Source: Octopus sinensis
Lineage: Eukaryota
DNA: 64,000 bases
Assembly (NCBI RefSeq): GCF_006345805.1
Contig: NC_042997.1
Coordinates: 168,020,001 to 168,084,000, forward strand
Direction: 5' to 3'
Made by a program: the position numbers and the translations under genes. The notes beneath the pieces were generated by a model. The model ran no database searches and was not told the origin of the DNA. It saw only the letters and a program-made list of their open reading frames with translations. Below are positions 1 to 14,100 of the stretch, piece after piece. Within the stretch, counting starts at the first letter, position 1, and each line of letters begins with the position of its first letter.

Positions 1-859
1 TTTCACAGTTTGTCTACCCAATTTTACTGATATGGCTTAAGTTAACTTGAGGCTATGGTAAAAGATACTTGCCCAAGGCACTATGCAGTAGGATCAGCAA
101 TCTGAAATCTAACGGCAATTCAGCCATGCTGCACTGTGTTGTATTAAGGAGAATAAACAGAGGTACTTCCTAAAGTAACTTTTTCTTGTATTAGTAATCA
201 ACGGTCACTTGTACAAGCAGAAATTGCAGCATGTCTTCTGCAAGAAAAGCCTATTCCAATTACAAACAACTAATAATTCAGGTATAAGCAGCTGGCTAAG
301 TCATAAGAGTAATTCTATTTATCCTAATCCAGCATCATGTTTACTGTAAGTAGGAGAGACTGAAGAATATTTTAACTTGCAATTGAGCCGATTATTTTGT
401 ATGGACAAACCATCATATAAACTGGAATAAAGTTCAACTGGTTTCATCTTTCAGCAGTTTGTTCCTACAGTGGCTCTGCTCCAAGACATATAGTAATAAG
501 TAGATGGTGGTGATGTAGGAAAATCTCAAATATTAATTTGCAGAGGAAAAAAGTGCAATGATATCATTAAAAGCTGATTGTTTTCAGTTTACCAGAGTGG
601 TTTAATATGAATTAAAATCAGTCTTTTTGTTCAACCAAGCATTGCATCTCTATGGATCAGAAAGTTGGTAGTGTGTTCTTTTCTTCTTAGTGGTACAGTA
701 GCCCAAACTGATATATATATATATATATATATAACCATTCCCACAACATTAGCAAAATTTTTGCCATCTCTACTGTACATGACAAGATTGCATCCATATA
801 ATTCTTCCTTTGGCATGGCGTTAGGTAAGTTTATAACCATCTTAATATTGAAAATGAAA

Positions 860-1055
860 GGGTGATGAGCTGGCAGAATTATCAACAAATTGGGCAAAAT
901 GTTTAGTGGCAATTCATCCAGCTATGTTCTGAGTTCAAATGTTACCAGGGTCAATAAAATAAGTACCAGTTCAGCACTGGGGCTGATGTAATTGACTTAC
1001 TGCTTCCCCCACAATTGCTGGTCCTGTGCCAGAATTTGAAATCAATATTATTAAA
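860..1055 (+). mobile_element. tRNA-derived SINE family B; further degenerate copies at about 10238-10390, 13750-13845, 27105-27215, 30780-30870, 56650-56830, 58015-58370, 59275-59700 and 63670-63890
   Basis: Recurrent gagctggcagaat..ttctgagttcaaat..aataaaataagtaccag..gatgtaattgact core; most other copies are on the minus strand next to (TAA)n or (GAT)n. Confidence 0.75.
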
Positions 1056-1419
1056 CATGATTTATCTTAACCTTTTGAATTCTCACAGACCCCTTTCCAC
1101 TTGTATGATGATAAGGATGGTTGATTGAAATCAATGTGGTTAATGTTCAGTTTGAATTAAGTTAGTGGTTCAAGACTAGAAGCGATTCAGTGGAATGTAT
1201 TTTCTTCAGGGGAGGGTAGAATACAAGATTATTAGGGCAATGGTTTTTTTTCTTTTTCAGTTGCATGCCTTTCTGCCCAAATGTGATGTAGTAATGAAGC
1301 ATGCCAACCAACACAAACAGATATTTTAACTCTTAATCATAAGGTCATTAGTACAGTACATTGTCATACCTACTGTGATTCATAACTAATTACAGCTTAT
1401 GAAAGTCTTAAATAATCAT

Positions 1420-1806
1420 CGTGATCTGCCTCTACCTGGGATGTAGCCAGTCCACCTATGCATACCTTTCCTTCTTGGGACACAAAACTCTACTTGTGAA
1501 GACCTGTTGAGGCAAGTGAAAATCAAAATCGAAGTCGATCAACATCAATGGAAATTGTAGCTGTGATACCAGTGCCAGTGGCACGTAAAAAGCACCATCC
1601 AATCGTGGCCGTTTGCCAGCCTCGTCTGGCACATAAAAAGCACCCACTACACTCACAGAGTGGTTGGCGTTAGGAAGGGCATCCAGCTGTAGAAACACTG
1701 CCAGATCAGACTGGGCCTGGTGCAGCCTTCTGGTTTCCCAGACCCCAGTTGAACCGTCCAACCCATGCTAGCATGGAGAGTGGACGTTAAACGATGATGA
1801 TGATGA
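1420..1806 (+). mobile_element. RTE-tail repeat ending in (GAT)n; copies at 4247-4490 (+), 35645-36062 (-), 41585-41720 (-), 36705-36950 (-), 22030-22260 (-), 26535-26578 (+), 55165-55262 (+) and 61705-61790 (-)
   Basis: Shared ggcacgtaaaaagcacc..ggagtggttggcgttaggaagggcatccagc..catgctagcatgga..gacgttaaacgatgatgat. Confidence 0.8.
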
Positions 1807-1974
1807 GCAACATTCTTTCACAAGTTGAATGTAGAACTTTCCGTATGATCAGAACAATATATGGACACATTTACAGTGGCAAAAACACTCCATTTCTTTC
1901 ACATATATACACACACTTCAAAAAACAGAAATTGATATGTCAATTAAATTTAGTCTTGTAAGTATAAAAAATTA

Positions 1975-1980
1975 TTTATT
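1975..1980 (-). promoter_or_regulatory. Candidate HSPA14 polyadenylation signal AATAAA
   Basis: tttatt on the plus strand about 87 nt past the stop codon; the sequence is AT-rich, so a chance match is possible. Confidence 0.5.
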
Positions 1981-2066
1981 TATGATTTCTGAAAGCCATT
2001 GACGATTTTAAGTAAAGCTGTTAAAAGTTCCAATTACTTTTTTTGTCTAATCTCTTGCTGCCAATA

Positions 2067-2142
2067 TTATCTGACAGGAATTTGTACAGTTAATTTCTTG
2101 TTTGTTGTCTCTTCTTGGCAAACAACTTCTAGGAATTTATCT
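2067..2142 (-). CDS. HSPA14: HSPA14 exon 14, last coding exon (DKFLEVVCQEETTNKKLTVQIPVR*)
   Basis: ttcttcttcag| acceptor; TAA at 2067-2069; resembles the HSPA14 terminus (DGSLHVTCTDQETGK-type). Confidence 0.87.
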
Positions 2143-5100
2143 CTGAAGAAGAAAAATGAAAAATAACAAGTGAATATTTAGAAAGAGAATGTTGAATCAA
2201 TCAAAGAAATTGTTAACACTGTTACATTTCTACAAATTGGATCTTTGAAATTGATAGTGCCACATTGTAAACAATAGTGTCAGTGGGTGAGCTACTGTGA
2301 GGGTCACAAGTTAGTTTAAAATAGTACTCAAATTTTTCTGTCTTACAACATGAGATATGTAAGGAGTATTATATATAAGACAGACCAGCATTACTGGAAA
2401 GTCTGAAATATGCTGCACTACATTTCATCTAATGCACAAACATGCCTAAAAGTTGAACTGGTTTAAATTTATGGTACAAAACTCTGCTAAAATTCAATTC
2501 ACTCAATGCTCACCACAGTACCTACATTTAAATTCAGTCACAAAATAGGCATTTTCTAGTACATGGAACTTACACAATTTACTAAGTCACCTTCTAATCA
2601 CTTCCCCTGCCAGAGACAACCAAATCACCATCAGATCTAGGAAAGGACGCAGATGTTATCTTCATAACCCTAAATAGATATGATGGCCACCATTTAAATA
2701 CCTTTAATCACAGGTTTGCTTGATAACAGTTGACTGGGGCCAAATAACAATACTTTTAACTAGATATTAAATATAAATTACAAAATTGTAAATGAAGTTT
2801 GTAAATACCTTGTTAAAATAAAAGACGTTGATATAGGAGCTTCTTGAGCAATATTTTTCATTACAACCTGCATGAGAAAGATTATCAAATTACAATTAAT
2901 TTTATTGGCATATTCTGTGCCACATCTGAAGCATAAAAATACATGTGGAAGAGAAAACTAGAGAAGAGATTCTAAAAAAAGGAAACAAAACCTAGGTTTC
3001 AAAATAAACCTATCAAAGGAACAGATCTCAGCAGGAAAGAAGCTATGCTAGATATACTGAAAAGGAATAGGTAAGAACTCTGTTGTGTACCCAAAATAAA
3101 CAAAGTACACAGGTTAGCTGTAAGAACATCCAAGAAATACATTTTTTTTTAAATGCTCAGGCTTTGATAATTCGTTGATAACTTCTGTTATCTATATGAC
3201 CTAATTAACAGCAGCAGATGTTCCTAAAACAAAGCTAAATTAAGAGTGAAGTGGGAAAAATCCGGGGGTCTATTTACTTCTGCTAGCAACTTAAGTAGAA
3301 TAAACCTGCAGAAGAGACTCTGGGGAACAATGAGGATAAATATCACTAAATATGATTTAAAGACTGCAATAAATAGACACCAGTTGAAGAAGACCCATGC
3401 ATGTTTAGAAAAACATACATAAAATGAGGATTATGATGATTACCTAACCAATGGTGTTTTTACTACTGGGAACACTTCAAGGAAAATTATATTTAAAAAT
3501 GTATTTTGTCTTATTTCTAACTAACTTTTTTGTGCTGTAATATTTACAATGTAATGATTATCTTAATTTCATAGTCACTATTACTAACAAACCAGAAGTT
3601 ATAAAATGTTTTTTTTTTTTTATTCATTGATATATATAATTCCCATTGCAAATAAATATATAAAATAATGTATAAATAATGGTTTCAAGTTTTAGCACAG
3701 AGTCATAAGAAGAGGTAAGTTGATTGCAGCAACCCCAGTCTTCAAGTGGTATCAATGTAAAAGGCATCAGAATCAACAGAAAATATAAACTACTTACCGA
3801 TGCAAGAAGTTTATCACTATTCTCATCACCTTCATCTCTTTCAGGACAATCATCCAATTCCAAAACATCAAGAAAGAATGCACTTTCTTGAGACGAAGCT
3901 GAAAAGACAAATTTCTGGTGGGAAGGAATTGGAGTAGATTTGCTAAATACAGTCTGGAAATCCTTATAAGTAGTTTTGTCTCGATTCTCTCGCACCTGAA
4001 AAACATTTTATAAAAATTATGCATTTTAACCTTCATTTCAATCTATTTTCTGAACTAGCATAGGTATGACAATGAGGAGGGGAAAAGCTTAACAAAATTA
4101 AGATTAAGTACCATCATTTTAGAAATTATAGAAATGCTAATGACAATCATTACCAGCGTTGCCCTACTGGCATGTGAACAAAACATTCGAGCGAATGTTT
4201 TGTTTATATAACACGATCTTTAAGAACCTATTATGAACTACATAGACGTAAAAAACACCATTTGAGCGTGGCCATTGCCAGTACCGCCAGGATGGCCCTA
4301 AAGCCAGTGGCACGTAAAAGCACCCATTACACTCTTGGAGTGGTTGGCATTAGGAAGGGCATCCAGCTGTAGAAACTCTGCCAGATCAGATTGGAGCCTG
4401 GTGCAGCCATCTGGTTTGCCAGTCCTCAGTCAAATCGTCCAACCCATGCTAGCATGGAAAGCAGACGTTAATTGATGATGATGATGATGAAAAGCAAGAG
4501 GTACAAAGCTTTTAAGTTAAGTTATCATTACTCTTACGTGAATTACATAAGACTGTCACAACAGCAACAGTATAATATCATAAATTATAGCTAGGTGTCT
4601 GAAGTAATATAGCAATAGTTTACACCTGAAAACTATAATACAGCATAGATAAAAATTTATATAACACTATCTTTAACCCTTTCGTTACTATATTTCTGAC
4701 CAAAATACACCCCTCATGAGTTTCAATTAAATTCTAAAATAATCATGAATCTCGGCCTGTTTCATTAAATAATTGTAACTTTTTTACTTATCAACATATT
4801 AATGTGATATTTGGAACATAATTAAAGAAAGGGTTCTTAATCAATTCTATTGCATAACTTTTGTCTCAAAGTGACTTATATACAGGTAAATTGAGCAAAA
4901 GGTAAAAATATTAAAATTTTAAATTGAGCAAAAGGTAAAAATATTAAAATTTTGTTTAAACATCACCATAGAAAATGAATCATCAGCTAATATTCAAATG
5001 GGTATGCAACAAAATTTTGATAAAGAAGAATTGTGCACATCACTATATCATCAGTTGAATTTAATGCACAACAGGTGTACCATAAAGGTGGAATAAAGTG

Positions 5101-8100
5101 AAATACTGGAATCCACCGGAAGTGTGACCGAACTAAAGAAATCAGTCAAAAAATAATATACGGCCCTGGTTATGGTATGGAAATGATAAATTCCAGACCA
5201 CATTGTTCCCTAGGCCATGCTGACTAACATTATTTTCCCTGTATAAAAACTAAATCCACGCAGTACCCAGTATTTGCTTCACAAATTTTCCAAAATTTGA
5301 ACCCCCATTTTGTGTTTGTTTACATTTTGCGTAAGTTTGTTTCCGCATTGATCGCTTCAAACAATAACTTCCAGACCACATCATACCCTAAGCCATGCTG
5401 ACTAACATTAGTTTCCCTGTATAAAAACTAAATCCACAACAGTACCCAGTATTTGCTTCACAAATTTTCCAATTCGGAATCAATGCTTGATAACATGAAA
5501 CTCCAATCCATTTTCAAAGTTGAAGAAAAATCGATGCCGAAAAAAAATGTGGAAAAAAATCTCCCAAAATTCAGAGAATTAAAATTACACGTCGATCGTT
5601 GTACAAAACTGTAGATTAACTGTTTACGAAGTATAATCACATGTTTTCACGAATGTACTAAAGAGATTTGCTCTGATATTCTCATTTAAATATGAATAGG
5701 TAAATTCGGGTGGGTTTGGTCACATTAACCAAAATTTTTTTCGGGTGGCTTTGGGCGGTTTGGTAACAAAAGGGTTAAGAACCTATTATGAACTACATAG
5801 AATTTACATGGATCAAACATAAAACAATTACATGTCAAAATTCTGCAGAATCCAATAATTTATCAAAACTTACTTTTACTGCAATTGCTTGAGACAGAAT
5901 CTTCACTTTATTTTGATGTTCACTCTCAGGAATTAATTTGTTTTTAAAAGCTTTCAAAATACTGGTCTGATGGACAGAAAAACAAAATCACTTAATTACA
6001 ATTTAGCATCTCTTTTAAATATTATTTAAAAATTATTTTCTTTCTATGCAAATATTCCATACTATCCAATATAAATACTGTCAAATACAACCAACCCAAT
6101 TTGGCAAATTTGGACATTTCAGAAAGAAGTATTTCTTAATACAGCAACATGTCTAATACAGGATTTTCATTCATGAGTAACTGGTACTTGCAAATGAAAA
6201 GAGAAAGACTGAGGTGCTATCACATACCAACAAGATTTACCAACTGAAAGAAGAAAATAACCCCATTTTATACTCAAAATCATCATTTACATTTTTTTAC
6301 ACTAGCATTTATTGGATAAGACAGCAATTCTCATCAATGTACCCAATCTACCCTACTCTTTTTTGCTCAATGTAACTTTCAGGATATTGTTTCATTCATT
6401 TTTATCACAAGTCCAAACCAGACATAGTTTAATATTTGTACATTGCAACTCCTGTATTTACTGATAAATCTTTCCCTGTCATTAAATCATTCAATGTCCC
6501 TTCTTTGATGCCTATTTTTTTATTGACTATCCAGTAATTAAGGTTTAAGGTGGTCTTACCTCTTTAGCTGCCCCAATAGCAATGACCTCATCTGGTGGAA
6601 TGTGATTCAAGAGTTTGGCATTTGGAAAAGTTTCAGACACCATCTTCTGCACCAATGGAACTTTGGAGCCACCACCGCAAAGTATGACCTGGATAACAAA
6701 GTATAAAATATATCTCAAGTCGTAAATAAATTGCAAAAACATTAAAATATACACACACATGCATATCCAAAAACACATACATCCAACAATATCTCTATAT
6801 ATATAAACGGCAAAATGTCTGTGTGTGTGTGTCCTTTATACAAATCCACAATTTTTCAGTTAGAGGGCTCGCACTTTCTATGGTCATTCAAAACCGTCCA
6901 AGGGTGGTCGTGCACATCTTTACATTTCCCCAGTCGCCCCGTAGAGCCATTAAAAAATCAATAGAAGTAACTTTTTTGTGAATTTTCTATCCAAAACCCA
7001 ATCAAAATGCCCGAAACTTGATATGTCAATTGAATGCCAGCTAGCTGTATGTGATTGGACAGTACTCGCATGTATGTGTGCACACAAGCAGCTGTATATG
7101 CATGCACTAGCACTATGACCCGGCAATACCGGCTCATAGTGCTAGTATATAATACAGACTGACAAGGTAACATTCAAGCATAAATTTACTTGCTATTGAA
7201 GCTTGTTTTAGCTATTATTGCTAAGATCTTGCTAGATCACTGCCTTCAGTACATGTATACACACACACACACCTGTCAGATCCCATCATTATTAATTAAC
7301 AGATACCTTACCTTTTCAATATCAGATTTCTGTAAATCTGCATTGCTAAGAACTTCTTCAATTTTAGCAACACAACGGTTTTTCAAGGAGGTACAAAGAC
7401 TCTCAAATCTGGCCCTGTTCGGGGAAAAGAAATTAAGTAAACCAATCACAACACAATATTTTAGATACAATATCAGTTTTTTTGGCAGGCAGACAGTTGA
7501 TTAAAATACAATTTATCAGAAATGGTTTAAAAAAAGAAAGAGAAAAAAAACAAGCAACCAATATAATAGTTGCTTGAATCAACAATTGAATTACAGCAGA
7601 TATTAAAATAAGGTTATTGAGTTGAATGTTGTATGTATGTTACCTAGTCTTGAACGTCTTGCGTTAATTAAAAAAAACTTTGCTGTGACGTTAATTTGCA
7701 GTCTTCCATGAAAACATGACCAGACTAGAGAAAAAAATATTACCTTATTGGGGGAGGGGATCTCCTGGTCTTGACATCTAGTAAAGATTATAAACACTCT
7801 TCACTATCATACAAAGGATAACATTTATTTGTAGTCCTCTGTGAAAGAATATCCTGATGAGGGGAAATATTACCTTCCTTGGAAAAAGGTGATGGTTGGC
7901 AACAAGAAAGCAACCAATCATAGAAATCGGTGTGAGATGAGATGAGATTTATTGAAACAGAGTTATGATGATGATGATAGCCATATTTTATTAAAATATC
8001 TTCTTTATAAAAATGTAAAAACCAATGTAGCTTGAATGTGTGCACATATGTCTATCACATTTGTTTACAGTCTAAAAACTAGTGATAGATCATACTTCTG

Positions 8101-11100
8101 TATTGCAGTTACCCATAATGTGAGAAGTCATCATCTCAACACTGAAAGATAAGATGTAGCATACGGCAGGTAATGTTGAGACATATGTAACAATGTCAAA
8201 CAGATTCTAGGGCTGTATAAAACATGTGGACTAACTGTGTTAGACATTAGGCTACCAGCTCATAGTCTGTAAATTCATATCCTCTGAAGAGTTTTTGTGG
8301 TATCACTGAAAAGGATTACTTAATTTTTCAGGCTTTACTTCAACAAGTAGTTGGGAATAGGTACTGGATCTCCTGAAAATGTTACTTTCAATAGATTGGT
8401 ATCTTGTCCAGGTAAGTATGATCTCTCATCTATTAAATATTACAGAATCCTGTGATGAATATTAACTGTATGATGACATTTAACCCTGATCAAAAGTGCT
8501 CCAGCAGAAATTGTCTCACCCTTTTAGGTTAATATAAGAATACAGTGTCTAATATATCCTTTTATTTAAGATATATTGTAATTTGAGGGAGATTTGGCTA
8601 CTATTCAAAGCAGGTTGAACCACCATGGAGAGATTCTCTCACTGGCTAGGAGAGATATCCTTTCATCACTGCTGATTCTTACCTAATGCACACTGGGTAA
8701 ACAAGAAACTACTAAAACACCAAACAATATAAGAAAGTTCTAAATTCAATGTACCAAAATATATTCCTATGACTAAAACTTATATAGAATCTTGCTGTAA
8801 AATGAAACTTGGAAACAGTACTAGAAGCTATTAGGTATGTCACAAGTAGCCTTAGTTTTGTATGTCAGATCTAAAGTCAGAATAACTAAACAACAGGATG
8901 TCATTTTGCTGATTTGGAACAATATGGAAACTTGCTTGTTACTCTTCTTTCACCTTTTAATTTTTCTAAGACCAGACTATGAAAACAGGACACTAAATAC
9001 AAACTCATGACTAGATCACAAATTCAAACTGAATTAGAGACAAGAAGTTTCACAGTTAGAACATACATATACCTGTGCTAAAAAACAAATTCCACTTCAT
9101 ACTCAAGTGGCTATCTATGGGAGACATGGTATTTAAAGAACTAACCCATCAATCCTGACATTAAAAATGTATGTGAAAACAATAAACATTATTAAAACCA
9201 TTTGAATACTAAAATGAACTTACCGTGAAACAGAAGTTGAGAAGTCCATACCATCATAGAGTGATTCAACAGAACAATGGGAGTTATTAACAGTTGATAA
9301 GGCATGTTTGCACATCTCTGCACCTCGCTGCAATTTTGCAATTGACCGACTGTTATCACTGATGTCATGCCGGCACTGCCTGAGAAATTAAAATTTATTT
9401 TTAGCATGTCAAACAACCTTGTATATAATCATCATTATGAACAACAGTAGCAATTGATTATTGGGAATTGAAAGTAAATTAGAGATTCACTCATTGACGC
9501 ATAAGTCAATAGCTAATTATTCACTCAAATAGTATAGGAAAGTACAATACTCAAAGACTGATGTAGCAATATTCACATCAATTACAACAAAGACAAAGGA
9601 GTAATTACAGAGGTCTCAAACTGTTAAAATTAGCTGAAAGAGCTTAAAATATATTCAGCATTGGGCTAACAAAGATGCAGTTTGGGTTTACTGAACGTGA
9701 CTATAGAAAAACATGGAAAAAGTTCAAGAAGCAGTTACCTATGTCAACAATGAAGGTTTTTACAAAGTATGATACTACATAGAAATGAAACAATTAAAAC
9801 ACAGGAGACCAGCTGACATAGCAAAGGAATGTTTCACTAACACACACTCTAGCTTCTGCTATACAGATATATTGTCTCTTTTTTACCACTATCATAGTGG
9901 CTTCTCCTCCCAGAGCTGGATGGTCTTGCACCATATCTGCTCAAATAAGTGAGACAAATACCTGACTCACTTATCTCACCTTTTGTCACCCACATTATGT
10001 CCAGCCCTTCAACCATATTTCATGCCTTGCACTACCTATTAGCCTTTTTCTCCAGAATGTTAGGTTTCTAAAATGTTCACCCAACACATTTTTCCTACAG
10101 CTATTAACTTGCAACTGTTCAAGAAGAATGCTAACGACAGTGATGTTATTGGTCTCAGAAGGTCTGCAAAGGCCAAGGTAGAGCTCCTTCCTCCAGTCCC
10201 CCCCCCCCCAAAAAAAAATACCAACAAAATTACACATATATGGTTTCAAATTTTGGCACAGAGCCAGCAATTTTAGGGGAGCGGTAAGTCAGTTACATCA
10301 ACTCCAGTGTTCAACTGGTACTTATTTTATCAACTACAAAAGGATGAAAGGCAAAGTCAACTTCTGCAAAACTTGAACTCAGAACATGAAGATAGACAAT
10401 TGGATGTGTAATATTATCATACATAAGAAAAAAATGATGAGTCAAATTAGACAATTTGCTCCAGTGTCTTTATCCAGTGTTTTTATTGCATTTAGTCAAA
10501 TCTATATTCTATATGCCAAAGTAGTGCAATAGGGCCAAATGGTTAAATTTTTTTGTAACCATTTACAAGGTACTGGGTTCTATTTCACTGTGCGGCAGGT
10601 TGAACAACTGTCATTTTCTAGAGCCTCAGAATGACTCATACCTTATGAGTGACACTGAGTAGACAGTAAAAACTTGTCTATTACACACTGTGTTATGCTG
10701 ATTCTATGTGCGAAATATGTAAAGAGTACATATGTTAGTGGAATGCTCAGCCCCTTAGTGTTAATTTAACAGCATATTTGATTGAACAACTGAATTCTCA
10801 ATGTCAAACAATAGAAATCCATTGCTGTGTCAAACATGAAAAGCTATGGTGATTCCTAAGTTTCTTGGATATGTTATGGTAACATTATGTTACCAGCTTT
10901 GGTAACATTGTACAACCAGCTTTGCATCCATGATAAAATAACTGTTACACTATAAAACCAATTGGTGTTTCATTGATATGCAGTACCAAGTTCAACTATT
11001 CTCATAGAAGTCACCTGAGGAAGTGTTGGATGTCAGTAACAAGGCAGTAATCAATACAAGGGGAAAATGTTGCAATATTTTTTATATGAAAACATTTACC

Positions 11101-14100
11101 TTTTGAATTCTCCTTGAAGATGTTGCAAGAGAACCTCAGTAAAGTTGTCTCCACCCAGACTGTAATCTGACACCCCTGCTACTATAGAGTAGATCCCTCC
11201 ACATAACTTGATCAGTGTCACATCACAGGATACACCACCAAGTCGAAATACAAGTACATACCTACAATAATAGAAATGATATTAAAAATGTATCTACCAA
11301 AAAGACACACATAAAATATGTAATCACACACCTACATGTATGTCCACAATCTTTACACATTAACATTTATATGATAAAACAAATTTTGTTGTTGAAAAAT
11401 ATGTAGAATTCAAGCAAAAAACTATTACAAACCCTGAAATGCAGGATTCATCTTGTTGCACATCATATGCTAAAGCAGCAGCTGCAGGCTCGTGAATTAT
11501 TCGTAGAACTTGGAAACCAACTTTTGTAGCAATCTGTCTGTAAATAAAACAAAAAAGTATGGCAATGATATTTTATTTGAACTTGATGTAACATTATATA
11601 ACTTTCCATGCCTGTTTTTCATGTAAAAAATGTTTTTTTTTAATTCCCTGTGTTCAAAAGCACAGAGCAACTGGTCATAATGTCAATAAAGAACGTAAAC
11701 AATCATTTAACATTTCACTCAAACGAAGACATGAAATATCAGCATTCACAAACATTTGCACAAATACCCACATACATATTTGATAGTATATTACACATAT
11801 TATATAACAAAGTATAGCTGATGGATGACTGAAAGAGTTTTCTTTTTCCTTACCGAAGTAGATTTTCTTGGTCTGTCGTGAAGCTAACCGGTACAGCAAG
11901 TACAGCATCAAAACAGCCTTTACCAGCTTTGCTCTGACCAATCTCTGTTAAACACAGCAGGAATAATCATGAAATAATCAGCAGATAAATGAAAATGATA
12001 CTTTTTATCACAAATGTAACTACTAAGATGATATCACTTAGAAATAGTAATATATATATATATAGTAACCATTAATACTGTTAGCAGTTATGGTCTATGA
12101 AAAGTTAATTCATTGACAACAGGGTTGACAGTTAAGAGAGTAAGAGTAATTAAATTGTGTTGTCAGCAGATTTGAAAAGTAATGAAAAATAAAAAGTTTA
12201 AGGAAAGATTTTCTTTAAAATTTAGCATATGAATATAAATTAGTATTCTGTGGTGACTCTTATAAACAATGAAAATAATTAAAATGGTCAGCAATTGAAA
12301 CATCCCACCCCCACCTCGACTTTGTTGCTTCATAATTTCCAGAGAAAAAGGATACTTTTTAACGAAATTTTCAACAAATCCCACTTAGATGCTGTAGATT
12401 CAGAGTATATAGGAATTTATAGGAAAGAATTTTTCTGAGGCAGTGTGGAGAGGAGTTTCGGAAAATTCCCACGACCTGATTTTTTCCCCTCATAACTTTC
12501 AGGAAAATGGTATTTTTAAATGAAAGTTTATACAAATACCTTTCAAAATGCATAGATTATGATTATAAAGAAATTTGTGGGAGAAATGTTTTTCAAGAGT
12601 GTGGGGAGAGGAGATTTGAAAAAAAGGGGTTTTGGGATCAAGACAACCACAAAAGTTCATCTTCTTTTACTCTATCCCCACCATCCCCCTCTGGACCGAT
12701 TTTGGCCAATTTTTTTTGGCACTTAAAAACTATGGGAGGAGCCTTTTCAGTTTTCTCGCTCTTGCATGTATTATGTTTTTCGATATTTTTCTCCCCGCTA
12801 TATGTATTTTTGTTTGTTGTGTGATGTTTGTTCATTTATAGACTGAAGTACTAGAGATCATAGATCAGAAGTTTTATGCACCCATGATATTATTGGCCAG
12901 CAGGAAACAAATAACTTTCAATATTCATAGTAGAATTTTGCCAGCTTATAGGAGTAGGAGTGGTTGTGTGCTAAGTAGCTTGCTAACGAACCACATGGTT
13001 CTGGGTTCAGTCCCACTGCATGGCACCTTGAGCAAGTATCTTCTTCTATGGCCTCGGGCTGACCAAAGCCTTGTGAGTGGATTTGGTAGACAGAAACTGA
13101 AAGAAGCCCATCGTATATATGTGTGTGTGTGTGTCTATATATATACACATATATGTGTGTGTGTGTGCATGTATGTATGTGTGTGTATATGTTTGTCTGT
13201 GTTTGTTCCCCCAACATCACTTGACAACCGATGCTTGTGTGTTTACATCCCATTAACTTAGCAGTTCGGCAAAAGAGACCAATAGAATAAGTACTAGGCT
13301 TACAAAGAATAAGTCCTGGGGTCGATTTGCTCGACTAAAGGCGGTGCTCCAGCATGGCCACAGTCAAATGACTGAAACAAGTAAAAGAGCTTTCCAACCC
13401 AGTTAATGACAGGTGTTTCTGCTAGTGTGTGTGTGTATATAGCATCTAAAAACAGTTGAAACAATATAGAAAAACAAAAGAAGAAACTAAAAGCATAGAA
13501 TGCTCTCTCTCTCTCACTCACTCCATCTCTCTCTCATCTGGTAACAATATATCTAAGAAATATGCGACAGTAATATATAATTACCTACCAAGTAATTTCT
13601 TAAATAAAATCTCTAAAATCTCTGATACTGAGAAGACAGTTACTTTGCCTTTAAAGTCCACCTCAAAAGCAACATCTTCCTTCCGGTTGACAACCTTAAA
13701 ATATAAAAGTTACATGAAGTTGAAATAAGATTTAACAAATATTGGTTTCAAGTTGCAGAATTTGAAGTCAGAAACATCAAGATGGACGAAATGCTGCTAA
13801 GCATTTTGCCCAGTGTGTTAGTGGTTCTGTCAGCTTGCCACCTTAGATTTAGCAAATATTGAAAGATAAGCATTAAACCTTTCAGCATTTAAGCCAGCAA
13901 GATCAGGCCCAATTATTCTACCATTTTATGTTCATAGCACCAACCTACCCTACAATGTCATTCTAAAGATAAACATTTACATCACTGAAATCAAAAGTTC
14001 TCATTTCTAATATGTTTCTAAACAATCCCATATGCCAATCATCTTGAGAACATATAAAGAATAGTAAATCATTAGACAAGGTATTCTTGTCTCAAATAAC

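Noticed and set aside
631-912. 93-aa minus ORF and 66-aa plus ORF downstream of HSPA14
   Set aside because: They span a (TA)n tract and overlap a SINE head, and show no recognisable homology.
8452-8492. C/D box-like motifs (GTGATGA..ATGATGA..CTGA); similar loose matches near 19271 and 26022
   Set aside because: They are on the strand opposite the host gene, too short or AT-rich, and lack a terminal stem and an identifiable rRNA guide.
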